A stretch of 64,000 nucleotides of DNA from Octopus vulgaris (GCA_951406725.2 OX597815.1:194370001-194434000); one strand, 5' to 3'. Positions 27,515 to 40,039 are shown, numbered from the stretch's first letter. Numbers and translations are program-made. The notes: generated by a model not told the origin, from the letters alone.

Positions 27515-28118
27515 AAACGTGCGGCCAGAGTAAGGATAGGTAGAGTGCCCCCTGAAATTGACGAGGCATGGCTGGTGGCAGCCATCCTCTACCATACAAA
27601 GGAAGATGTAGAATTTTAAAAATGTCCCAAACTACGGAGGTGAACTGGAGGGGATATAGTCCATGTAAGTCTGCCAGACCTACATAAGATTGTGGAAGAG
27701 CTGGGTTTGCTGGGCGAAACTAGATTGAGGATTGTTGTGGAGGAGTTGTAGACCTCCAATATGTTTTTTGTGTTGAGTAAGGGGACACATGAAGGCCAAG
27801 TGTCCCCAGAAACACGAGAAGGAAATAACAGAAAAAGAAATTCAAGAAGAAGAGAGTACAGCCGTAGGGGAAGAAAAAAATGGAGGAGCCATTTATGGTG
27901 GTGAAAAGAAAAAAAGAATTTAGAATCACTACCAAAAAGTCCCAAGGAGAAAAAAAAGAAAGAAAGACAAACGAAGAGGAGAATAAGAAAGAAAAGAGGG
28001 GAAAAAAATGGAAAACCAAATGAAAAACCAAGTGAAATGCGAACGCACGAACCGTCGCATTCAAATAGCAAGGAAGAAAGAGTACGAAAGAAGAAAGGAA
28101 ACGAAAAAGACAGTGAAT

Positions 28119-28160
<42 letters not shown>

Positions 28161-28925
28161 TGACGGACGAAGAGAGTGGTAAAGGATATCAGAGAACGAT
28201 ACTTACAGGGAGAGACTTAAGAAGCCTCATAGTATATGAAAAAAGCGTCGAAATTGAAAAGAGGGTAGAAAAAATGAGAAATATTATCAGAGTGAAAATG
28301 GGAAACCTTGAAGATGTGCTGTTGGAGAGAGAAAGAGGGAAGTGGTTAGTAGAACTTATTTCTTTATTGCCCACAAGGGGCTGAACATAGAGGGGGACAA
28401 ACAAGGACAGACAAAGGGATTAAGTCGATTACATCGACCCCAGTGCGTAATTGGTACTTAATTTATCGACCTCGAAAGGATGAAAGGCAAAGCCGACCTC
28501 GGCGGAATTTGAACTCAGAACGTAACGGCAGACGAAATATCGCTAAGCATTTCACCTGACGTGCTAACGTTTCTGCCAGCTCGCCGCCTTAGTGGTTAGT
28601 AGAACTATTTGGAAAAAAAGAGTTGAAATAATACCATTTCAGTATAGATATGACGAGTTTCCGGCTGATGTATATTTTAACGAATTAATGCAGCATTTGT
28701 TGTAATTTTGTGTTAAGGAAAAGATACAAGATTGTAAATTAAAACTGTAATTTAAAAAAACAGTTAAATGGAACTACCTACTTTGGGCGGGTAGGAAAGC
28801 CATTTTATTCTCGTTTTAATTATGTCCATAATTCATCCATTTTCATGTACCCCAATGTATTGCTTTGTCTGTCTCCTTGTGTTGTCCCCTCTATATTATG
28901 ACCGTAGTGCCAAAATAAAGAAACG
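27515..28925 (+). mobile_element. Internally deleted Tx1/L1-like LINE (ORF1 zinc knuckle plus 3' end)
   Basis: 27757-27807 reads PICFLC*VRGHMKAKCP (CX2CX4HX4C); pyrimidine-rich 3' end with AATAAA near 28915. Confidence 0.55.
28356..28590 (-). mobile_element. SINE family A monomer
   Basis: 16-bp TSD agtggttagtagaact on both sides. Confidence 0.9.
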
Positions 28926-29078
28926 GAGAATATACAGTCATTTTTATAGATATAATGATTACAGGACTAAACCTCACGTAAAATAATCGCAAAAGATTGT
29001 TGATTTGCAAAGTGGGTCGTGATGGTGCGGAATCATTTATGTGTAAATTTATACGTCAAGTAGGTATAACTCAGCAAA

Positions 29079-29227
29079 AGGCGGCGAGCTGGCAGAAACG
29101 TTAGCACGCCGGGCGAAATGCTTAACGGTATTTCGTCCACCGTTACGTTCTGAGTTCAAATTCCGCCGAGGTCGACTTTGCCTTTCATCCTTTCGGAGTC
29201 GATAAATTAAGTACCAGTTACGCACTG
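29079..29227 (+). mobile_element. SINE family A, 3'-truncated
   Basis: Full head and core. Confidence 0.85.
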
Positions 29228-29312
29228 CTTAGTTGAGCCTCTTAGAAAGGGATGGACTCAAGCGAGGTTCAAAATATGGAGAAGAGTTATAAAAGTTAGA
29301 AAATATAAAGTA

Positions 29313-29599
29313 CTAGCAGTATCACCCGGCGTTGCTCGGGTTTGTCAGGGAAATAACTATAAAAGCATTTTTAGAGAGTTACTTCCCTTATATAATATCA
29401 AAAAATGCATTAAAAATAGGAAAAAATGATGGTAAATTTTTTTTTAAATCGTAGACGCGCGCTAATACCCAGAAGGGCTCGATATGAATCACGACTATAA
29501 GATACCCGCTTTTGGTTACACTGCACCGCAAAATGTGGGAGTAGTTAGGAATCTAAATCGTAGGAGACAGACACACAACTTCACTTTTATATATAAAGA
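29313..29599 (-). mobile_element. Non-autonomous Helitron, family H2
   Basis: Minus: A|TCTTTATATATAAAAG ... hairpin CCCGAGCAACGCCGGG ... CTAG|T. Confidence 0.85.
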
Positions 29600-30839
29600 T
29601 ATCGGACCTTGGGAAAATTATCATTAATATTACTATGTGTTTCCGTTAAAGAGAGTTATCTGTCAGAGAAGCTTATGTGCACAATATTAGGTTACTATTC
29701 CTATAAGTTTAACAAACTAATTTTATCCCATTAACTTTTGTTAAACGATGGTTAATAAAAAATATTTCTATTCCACCGCCAAAAGAAGAGCCAGATAAAA
29801 AAAAACAACTCTACAAGATGGTAATAGGTGGTTGTCGAGGAAGCTATGATCGAACAGGTCCCTAATCAAGAGTGTTCTAACCGAGAACATGCAATCTTTT
29901 TTATAGACATACTGTATCATGGACTAAATAATCTATGTCCTTCCTCTTTTTGAGAAAGCTGAGCGCGATTTTAGAGAGATTTGGTTGCTATTTCTACTAG
30001 CCCAAGGGAGGCTCTACAACCAGCATATGGCAATAATAATGCTGTAATCTTGAAAATGTACAGTTCACTGCTGGAAGCAACAGTTCTCTTTTAATTGTTG
30101 TGTAATTACAAATATAATTTAGATTAATTAAAATTTCTTTGTTCACTATTTTAAATATGTTAACACCAAATTTACCATTTAGTCTTCATGTAGAGTGTAT
30201 TCTTAGATATTTTCACCAAACCTTACTAAACATTCTATCATGGTCAAACTTAGTGCCAGACAACTGTTCTTATACAACATTTGGTAAACAACGTTGAGTG
30301 AAAAGATAATTCTAAAAAAAAAGAAAACGATCAACAAAGCCCTCTCCTTTTATTTTCTATCTATAGAACAAGATTGAGGCCAAAGCTACTGCATTGGCAT
30401 ACATGTGTATGTATGTAGATTAAACCACTGGTAATCGACACCTCTGGCCGTATACACGAGACGGGTTGTTTTGCATTATACAGTTGTACAATCACACAGA
30501 AGACACTTTTAGAGATAGACGGTAAAAGAATTGCAATCGGATACCCTATAAATTCTGCTACAGTTTTGAAATGATTGCAAAGTTTAGCAAAATGTATAGT
30601 AACTTGATCGGCAAGTCTGTTGTAAGACCGAATTTAACATGATGTGGGAACTAAATATTTAGAATCGCTAAAGTAACGAAAATACCAAGTGCTAGTAAAT
30701 TATCTAAAACTACACTCTTAGCTAATTTTACTTATGTAACAAATCATATATATGGGTTGATGTTTTTTTAAAAAAATATGTCGACTCCGATGATATATTT
30801 TTAAAATGTGCTAATTTTCACGCTTATTTGTATACAATA

Positions 30840-31229
30840 CTAGCAGTATCTCCCGGCGTTGCTCGGGTTTGTTTCAACCTTTTAGAATTGGAATTTCTGA
30901 AAAGTAAAAAGTTTGCATTATGTAGCTTGTTATTCTCTTTAAGTGAACATTTTTCTGGTTGAAATAAACCGAAAAATGGCGACACAGCAGTCAAAAAATC
31001 GTAAAAATTAGGGATTTTCATAGAAAAAAAGCATCTTTTTAATGTAAATAATTTTTGGTCTTAACATGGTCCGATCTAAATTTTATGTTCTACGGAATGA
31101 AGAACAAACCTTCTTCTATCATACTCTCAATTTTGGTCAACTTGCACCGCAGGGTCTCGGAGGAGATAGTATTAGTTGAAGGCTACCAAACTTGCCATAC
31201 ACAGACAACTTCAGCTTTATATATATAGA
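30840..31229 (-). mobile_element. Non-autonomous Helitron H2 with a different interior
   Basis: Same termini as 29313-29599 (A|TC, hairpin, CTAG|T). Confidence 0.85.
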
Positions 31230-31299
31230 TTAAAATTTCTTATATAAACACTAGGCCAGACTTTTATAGAGAAGGGTTAGTCAATTAAATCGATCTTAG

Positions 31300-31734
31300 G
31301 GATCTTTTCGGTTTGAACGGCAGTTTTTAACATAATTTCTAGGTAACTAAAAAATTTTAAACTTCGTATACTGGTAGAATGTGTTTATAAAACATCTTTT
31401 TCTCTTGGCTTTATTGAGAGAATTCTGTAGTTTGTAAGATATTTGGTCTTTAATTTCTTGCATTTCGGCAATTTCAACCAACCAATGACAGTCTATTGAG
31501 GTAAAAAACATTCTGTGCCGTATGAATACGTCCTTCGTTTAAGAAACAGATTGGGTTTATTTACATTTGTGAAGAAAAAAAAGATACCCTTCCCCCCACC
31601 TGTAACCCTAACCTTAACTAACCCTAACCCTAAAACAGATTGAAATGCAATAGTTTGATACTAGGGTCATAATTATGGGTGACAATTTCATATGACACCG
31701 CTAGAAAAAACTGCCGTTCAAACCGAAAAGATCC
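31300..31734. mobile_element. Merlin-like MITE with internal (TAACCC)n
   Basis: Perfect TIR GGATCTTTTCGGTTTGAACGGCAGTTTTT; exact 8-bp TSD gatcttag at 31292-31299 and 31735-31742. Confidence 0.85.
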
Positions 31735-32399
31735 GATCTTAGTATTTGGCAAGTATTTATTTTACCGACTCCCAATGGGATTTGAACTCACAGCGTACAG
31801 AATCGGAATATATACAGCAAAATAATGCGTCGAACGCTTTAACATTTTTACCGATTCACCGTCCTAAACCCGGATGCATTAATTGCTTCATGAAATTCCG
31901 CTGAGGTCTACTTTGCCTTTCATCCTTTCGGGGTCGATAAATTAAGTACCAGTTGCGTACTGGGGTCGATCTAATCGACTAGCCCGCTCCCCCAAAATTT
32001 GGGACCTTGTGCCTAGAGTAGAAAAGATTATTTGCTTCGTGAATGTCTCCTCATTACTTTGACAAGTACCGCGAAGTTTATTTCAGTTTTATTCCAATGA
32101 ACAACACAGCCAGTTTTACGAGGTACTAGAAGGACCGTTTTAGGATACTTTTTATAGTTTAGTTAGAAGGGAAAATACAAGGCTGTTTTAAGAGCTCTTG
32201 AGATTTATAAAAAATGAAGAAAGGAAAGAAACTACAAATTAAGGGTAGTCGCAATAGGAAGCAGTACATTAAGATATATAATTACCTTCAGACTAGAAGT
32301 GTTGCATCACCTTCTACAAACTGCAGCCAAATCACTCTGAAATCATACCTCACAGACTTGGCGTAGTTACTAATATTATATTAATCATTTGAATAAGTA

Positions 32400-32630
32400 G
32401 GCGGCGTGCTGGCAGAGTCGTTAGCCCGCCGGGCGAAATGCTTTGTGGTATTTCGTCCGCCGCTACATTCTGAGTTCAAATTCCGCCGAGGTCGACTTTA
32501 CCTTTCATCCTTTCGGGGTCGATAAATTATGTACCAGTGACGCACTGGGGGCGGTGTAATCGACTTAATCCGTTTGTCTGTCCTTGTTTGTCCCCTCTAT
32601 GTTTCGCCCCTTGTGGGTAGTAAAGAAATA
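32400..32630 (+). mobile_element. SINE family A monomer
   Basis: Head, core and tail; flanked by atattaatcatttgaataagta duplication. Confidence 0.9.
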
Positions 32631-33454
32631 TATATTAATCATTTGAATAAGTACGGAGGACAAATCTGGGTATATTTCTTGATAATTAGACCTCTTCAGC
32701 GAAGAGGAAATCATTTGCTGCACATACAACAATGTACACAAATACAACTAAAAGTACAAAATTAATATATTTAATACATAAATCAATTTTGGTAATATGT
32801 TTATTGATTCTTTGATAAATAAAATCAGCTAAGTGTGTAGTTTTAGATAATTTATGAGCAGTTGGTATTTTCGCCACTCAAGAGATTCGAAATATTTAGT
32901 TCCCATGTGTTAAATTCGGTCTTACGACGAGCTTGTATATCTTGTTGCAAACATTTCAAACTTGTAGCAAAGTTATACGATATCCTGTTGCAATTCCTTT
33001 GTTATCTATCTCTGAAAGGGCCCCTCTTCAACACGACTGTATAATGTAAAACGAGAAGAAAAAAAATCAAAAACAAACATAAATACCGAATGAAATATCT
33101 CCCGCACGAAATGTTGTTCAAACTCTGTGTTTCGTTTGTTATTTCATTTCATCTTTTTTGTTTTCATGTTTTTCTCGACTGTTTTATTTCTTTTTAAACA
33201 TAACCATTATGTAATTGTGTATGTGTTAAAAGAATCACGAAAATTGTTTTCACAAAATTATACTTTATAATTAAGCTTGAGATGTATATAATGTGGAATA
33301 ACGAAACGAAACAGAACAATCAATGAACAAAAGAAAATTTGTTAATATATATGTAAAAATATTGTTAATATATATATATAAACGTGCATGGAATATATTT
33401 ACAAATAATCAGTTATTCTTTCATAAGTGGGCATTTCATATTATTGTACTACAA

Positions 33455-33464
33455 CTACTACTGT

Positions 33465-33540
<76 letters not shown>
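33455..33540. repeat. (TAC)n trinucleotide repeat
   Basis: Direct reading. Confidence 0.95.
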
Positions 33541-33541
<1 letters not shown>

Positions 33542-33836
33542 GTTGCTGTTTAGCTCCGTGTCAATATGATCGTGATTAACTGTGATTTTAGAGGAATAAC
33601 GATAAACGTCGCCCTTTTCAAGCCTAGGCGGGCTCATGGGCCCGGTTACCCAGTTTCTATGGCATATGTGTTCCCCCCAGCTGGACGGGACGCCAGTCCA
33701 TCGCAGCGTTACTCAAGAAACAGGAAAGAGAGTGAGAGAAAGTTGGGGCGAAAGAGTATAACAGGGGTCGCCACCACCCCCTGTTGGAGCCTCGTGGAAA
33801 TGACCGTTTAACGGTAATTTCCATAGTATATTTTAA

Positions 33837-33882
33837 TTGCCTCGATGACTGAAATCCGAAACTCGGAGATTTATCATGGCAA
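33837..33882 (+). ncRNA. Possible degenerate hammerhead-like motif
   Basis: ttgcc-TCGATGA..cc-GAAA-CTCGGAG..ggcaa; about 95 bp upstream of (TA)n. Confidence 0.3.
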
Positions 33883-33976
33883 CCAAATAATTGTAACATA
33901 TTATATTGCAAATAAATTCCTCTATTTACATAATATCGCGGTATCTTTCATTCTTTTGTTGTCTTACCATTACTAG

Positions 33977-34047
<71 letters not shown>

Positions 34048-34539
34048 TTAAACGGATAGAGACGGGAGCTATGGATCCGTTTTAGGTTTCCGATTTAGCA
34101 GATATATTTGTGAAAGACAACAAACGCCGAAGCATAACAAACATCTCAAGTCATATACATCATTTTATGTTATTCTTAAATTAGTTGAAGTCTTACAGCT
34201 GTTTCTGGGATATGTTTGTGTGTCTGTGTTTGTTACGCCAACATCGCCTGACAAACGATGCTGGAGTGTTTAGGTCCCCGTAATTTAGCGGTTCGGCAAA
34301 AGTGACTGATAGAATGAGTACTAGGCTTATAAAGAATAAGCTCTGGGGTCGACTTGCTCTGACTAGAGGCGGTGCTCCAGCATGGCCGCAATTAAATGAC
34401 TGAAACAAGTAAAAGATTTATAAGGAAAAAAATATGTATATAAATATATATAAAAAAAATAATGAAAAGATCATGGACATTAAAAAGCAGCCAATATGTG
34501 TATGTGTGTGCACACATATTTTATGTGTATACATAATAC

Positions 34540-34580
<41 letters not shown>

Positions 34581-34717
34581 CACATATAAGCTTAATATGT
34601 TCATATTAGTTTAAACAGATTTTAGGTTTCTTCAGCAAAAAACTAATCTTATTTGTTTGATAGGAAACCGTATAATTGACTTGAATATAAAACACAACAA
34701 AATATCACTCACGTTTC

Positions 34718-34758
<41 letters not shown>

Positions 34759-34763
34759 GTATG

Positions 34764-34802
<39 letters not shown>

Positions 34803-34891
34803 GTATGTATGTATATATATATATCCAGGCATACCACACATATATTCGCACGCATGCTCACACACACATACACACACACACATACATATAT

Positions 34892-34957
<66 letters not shown>

Positions 34958-35314
34958 TACGAATGTGAGAAAGTGGGAGAACTGTATGACAAAATCGGTC
35001 ACGCTGTAATGATAACTGTAACATAACTCAGCCATTTCCCAATATTTATAAATTCTTTAAAAGCAAATTCTTTCAAAATTCTCCATACATGTTGTTATCG
35101 TTTCTTTTTGTCAACATTATTGTCTCTTTTCTTCGCCATATTACAACTTATAGTTGCATTTACCTTCTTCGTCCAAATCCACACCCAATGTCGTTCCTGT
35201 TGTAGATAAGTTGTGTAAAATGTAAAACAGATGCAGTCGACAGAACGTTAGTACAAGTACATTAAAAGTATAAGTCTTCGGCGATTAGATAGCACTATAT
35301 ATAATAATTATAAC

Positions 35315-35678
35315 CCTTCCTACCATAGGAACAAGGTCTGAAATTTGGCGGGGTGGGGGTAAGGACCAGTTGAAAAGATCGACCTCCGTACGCAACTGAT
35401 ACTTAATTTATCGACCCTCGACCTCGGCAGAATTTGAACTCAGAACGTAGCGAAGGGCGAAATACCTATTTCTTTACTACCCACAAGGGGCTAAACATAG
35501 AGAGGACAAACAAGGACAGACAAACGGATTAAGTCGATTATATCGATTCCAGTGCGTAACTGGTAATTATTTAATCAAAGTGGACCTCGGCGGAATTTGA
35601 ACTCAGATCGTAGCGGCAGACGAAATACGGCTACGCATTTCGGCCGGCGTGCTAACGTTTCTGCCAGCTCGCCGCCTT
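35315..35678 (-). mobile_element. SINE family A dimer
   Basis: Two core units joined at gaaata|cctatttcttt; tatatataataattat flanks. Confidence 0.85.
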
Positions 35679-35708
35679 AGTATATATAATAATTATTACA
35701 GTTATTAT

Positions 35709-36555
35709 ACTAATAATTATAATACGTTCTGCTGAAGGCTTAAGCCTTGAAATTTTACGGGAGGGTACTGGTCGATTACATCGACCCCAGTATTTCACTG
35801 GTACTTAACTTATCGACCCGGAAAGGATGAAAAGCAAAGTCGACCTCGGCGGAATTTGAACTCAGAACGTAGTGATAGGCGAAATACAACTGAGCATTTC
35901 GTCCAGCGTGCTAACGTTTCTGCCAACTCGACGCCTTACTAATAATTATAATACTTTCTACTAAAGGCTTAAGCCGTGAAATTTTACGGGAGGGTACTGG
36001 TCGATTACATCGACCCCAGTATTTCACTGGTACTTAACTTATCGAACCGGAAAGGATGAAAAGCAAAGTCGACCTCGGCGGAATTTGAACTCAGAACGTA
36101 GTGATAGGCGAAATACAACTGAGCATTTCGTCCAGCGGTGCTAACGTTTCTGCCAGCTCGACGCCTTACTAATAATTATAATACTTTCTACTAAAGGCTT
36201 AAGCCATGAAATTTTACGGGAGGGTACTGGTCGATTACATCGACCTCAGTATTTCACTGGTACTTAACTTATCGACCCGGAAAGGATGAAAAGCAAAGTC
36301 GACCTCGGCGGAATTTGAACTCAGAACGTAGTGATAGGCGAAATACAACTGAGCATTTCGTCCAGCGTGCTAACGTTTCTTCCAGCTCGACGCCTTACTA
36401 ATAATTATAATACTTTCTACTAAAGGCTTAAGCCATGAAATTTTACGGGAGGGTACTGGTCGATTACATCGACCTCAGTATTTCACTGGTACTTAACTTA
36501 TCGACCCGGAAAGGATGAAAAGCAAAGTCGACCTCGGCGGAATTTGAATTCAGAG
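35709..36555 (-). repeat. Tandem array of about 3.7 SINE-A-derived 229-230-bp units
   Basis: Unit starts at about 35710, 35939, 36169 and 36398; near-identical. Confidence 0.9.
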
Positions 36556-36971
36556 CAAGAAATGCCGCAAAGCAATTTTTTCCTGGCGCTTTAACGATTC
36601 TCCCAGCTCGTTGCCTCATTATATTAATAATTGTAATAATTAGAAACAATATAGACACAAGGCCTGAACTTTGTGGGAAGGGATAGTTGATTACATCAAG
36701 ACCAGTGCTTAACGGATACTACTGTACTCTTTTGACCCTGAAAGGATGAAAAGCACAGTCGACTTCGGCGGAATTTGAACTGAGAGTGTGAAGAGCTAGA
36801 AAAAATATCCAGCGCGGTAACAATTCTGTCAACATTTCGTTTTTCATATATATTTATCATAAGAGATATATAAAAAGGTAAAGTTTACGAAAATAAACAA
36901 AAGACGAAGGCAGGTGGAGTACAAACAAACAAATGTATTAGTATAGCGCTCAGGAATAGAAATAGAAAAAG

Positions 36972-37009
36972 TCTTTTACGTTTCGAGCCTACGCTCTTCG
37001 ACAGAAAGA
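36972..37009 (-). ncRNA. Minimal hammerhead-like motif (CUGUNGA family)
   Basis: Minus: tcttt-CTGTCGA-a-gagc gtag gctc-GAAA-CG-TA-aaaga. Confidence 0.6.
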
Positions 37010-37141
37010 TACACAGAAAAAACAGGGAGATAAACAAGGAGAGAAAAAAAATGCGTGTAGGAGCTAACGATCTATCATGGCGTCCTAACCACTATTATGT
37101 ATGCAACTCAGTGATAGACATAAACCAATACATAAATAACA

Positions 37142-37181
<40 letters not shown>

Positions 37182-38860
37182 TATCCAAAATAGCGGCTCC
37201 ATCTTACCTGTAAGTTCCATAACATACGAAATTGAGATTAAATACACTCAATAAACGTAATAATACATATTATTATAATAATATGTATTGGTTTATGTCT
37301 ATCACTGTTTGAGTTGCATAATAGTGGTTTTATCTCTAATTCATATTTTATATATTTATACTGTGAAATTTGATTTAATACTAAATTGAATATATATATA
37401 TATGAAATATAAAATGGGACAAGAACATAAAACATCCAGATAGACGATACAAGGAAACAAGGACGGGTCATTCGGAGTCTTCTTTCCTCAGTCGAGTTCC
37501 AGATTATCTTTGCAATTTCGGCTTGTTATATTCGAGATTGCTCCAATCTGGTCAGCTCCAAGGAGAAACTAAGCTAAGAGTATTAGATTCCTTGGAAGAA
37601 AACAGCGAATGTATACGAAAACAAGGACAGAAAAAAAACGGAGGTTACACAAATACAAATAACAGGACATAACAACAGGTGTTTTTCGACTAAGGACGAA
37701 TTAAATTAAGCTGGTGATATACACATTTTCATTACTCAACTCACGTCTTTGGGTTACCAATCCAGCAAATTAGACCATAACAGTTTAGTATTAATAAAAT
37801 ATGTATGACAAGATGATGGGAGTAGTAAAATGTTAATGTTATTTGTGCTCCACAATTGGAAAGTTGGTTAAAAAAACGAACGACATTCTGAAGCAGGTTA
37901 TCAAGTTTAGGTTTTAGGGTAATGCCCGAAAAAACGAAAATGACGACAGAAATGAATTTTAAAATTCTCTTTAATACAGGTGTGTCAATATATTAAATGG
38001 AAATTCGTGCAAACATTTACAAAAAAGCAAAAAAAGACATTCAGAAAGTTCTCAAAAAGTTTAGTCGGAGAATAATGATCGAATAACCAGACATGTTAGA
38101 AATGGTTTGACAAATAACAGGAAAATGAAAATGTCATAATCGGCAGATTGCAAAGTTCATTCCTAAAACATATTGTTGGAACATAATGTCAAAGTGAATG
38201 CGTTAAAAGTTTCTTTTTTTTTTATTATTTATATTAGTGTGTGGATGACGAGGGAAAAGGAAAAAAAGTCTAAGTGAAGAGAGAACAAGTAGCATGCATT
38301 TGTTCTGAACATGAAATGCCCTCTGCTTAAATGCCTATACTTTATGCACCGAAAGTTAATACACACTGTGACTGGTCAAAAACAGCCAACAAGAAGTTTA
38401 AAAACCAAATCTTCTAGTGTTTAGTTGAAAGCACAAACAGTCCGTTGAGCCATTTAAGCAAAACGAAAAAAAAAAAAGATAGAAGAAATAAAGTAAGACG
38501 TGTGACGTCATCACAGCTGACATAGCAAAGCAGAACATAGGCACACGATACCTCAGGCGACAAAGAGATGAATGGAAGAACTTAGTTGAGAATTCATCTA
38601 TTCATCTTCAGCCGCTTGAATAATTGCATGAAGCGAGTCATTCTGAATATGATCTCAGAATAAACTCTATCACATGGATCGAGGAATGTTTTTCTTTGCA
38701 TACATACACAAACAGAGACGTATATATTATGTATATATATATATATATATATATATACCGGATAATATATAAATGTGAAACAAGGTGGAAAAAAGAGTAC
38801 TCAAATACCAGTGGTAGAGTAATACGCTTCATTTAAAGCAGCAGAAAATTCAACAAAACC

Positions 38861-38896
38861 TGTTACCCTGAGTTTCACGTTGCTGTTCGTCGGACA
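38861..38896 (-). ncRNA. Hammerhead-like motif within a fold-back module
   Basis: Minus: tgt-CCGACGA-ac agcaac gt-GAAA-CTCAGG-GTA-aca. Confidence 0.45.
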
Positions 38897-39060
38897 CTTT
38901 TTGCTAGAAAATTGAAGACAAAATGTTACCCTTCACAAATACTGATAAGGTCGGACAGTGTTTTGCTAGAATCTGGCAAAAACTGTCCGACGAACACAAC
39001 GTTAGCCATATTCAGGGTAACATATACGTTTGTTCCGAATTTTCTGCTGCTTTAAATAAA

Positions 39061-39120
<60 letters not shown>

Positions 39121-40039
39121 GTCGTAAAAAACGCCAGCATTCTGCATTAAATAACCTGAAAACGGTATTTAATATATATACCAGCGTATCACACATTCCA
39201 TTTATTTGATGCAAAATTGTATAATAAAAATAATTAAATTTTTATTGAAATTACTAGCTTATTGAAAATACTTTGAAGAATTGGATCCAAAGAAAATTAA
39301 ATTTGAGGGAAAGATTTTTGTAAATTGTGTTTATACTCTATTCAGATTAGAAACATCAAAAGCTTTATTCAGTTGTTGAAGATTTCATCAATTAGTATGT
39401 TATTAAATCACTATTGAACCTGCATATTAAAAAATAACTGTTATTCCCAGAGCCCACATCTTAAAAAAAACCTGTTATTCGCACATATATAATAAATTAT
39501 TGATATTCATGACACAGGCCAAGGAATAGTTTAGCTACTATGATTCATAAATGAAAATCACCGACAAAGTCCGTTGAAAATTTTTGTTCCTAAACGGATT
39601 TGAATTCGTAATTCTTTTTCTTTAGTTTTAACACTGAGTAACAGCATAAAATATTACGTAAACAATAAAGATAACCGAATAAATTAAAATTGATACACAC
39701 ACACGCATGTAATTTCTTACTGTATAGGACCGAAAAATAAATGAAGTAAACAATTTTTAAGCATTTCTGGTATGAGATATTTCCGCTTACTTTCTGTTTC
39801 AGTGTTTGATAAGTATGTGTGCGCTCGCGCGGGTGCGGGTGGTGTATGTGCATGAATATATATGTATACGTGTGTCAATATATGTATGTAGACGTACCTG
39901 GATTTATATGTATTCATCAGTATATACGTGTGTGTGTGTGTCAGTGTACATATGTATTTGGTAAAGAATATTTTCTTGAAGATACCAGATTGGAAGGGGA
40001 CATTTCAAGTATACTGTTACGTCATAATAACCTTCGATG

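Noticed and set aside
31592-31634. True telomere or chromosome-fusion scar
   Set aside because: Only about 5 imperfect units, lying inside a TIR element
35709-36555. Regular repeats resembling a CRISPR array
   Set aside because: Whole 229-bp units repeat with no unique spacers; SINE-derived; eukaryotic context with no cas genes
37470-37560. CTGAGGA and GAAA on the minus strand as a possible permuted hammerhead
   Set aside because: Could not build consistent helices
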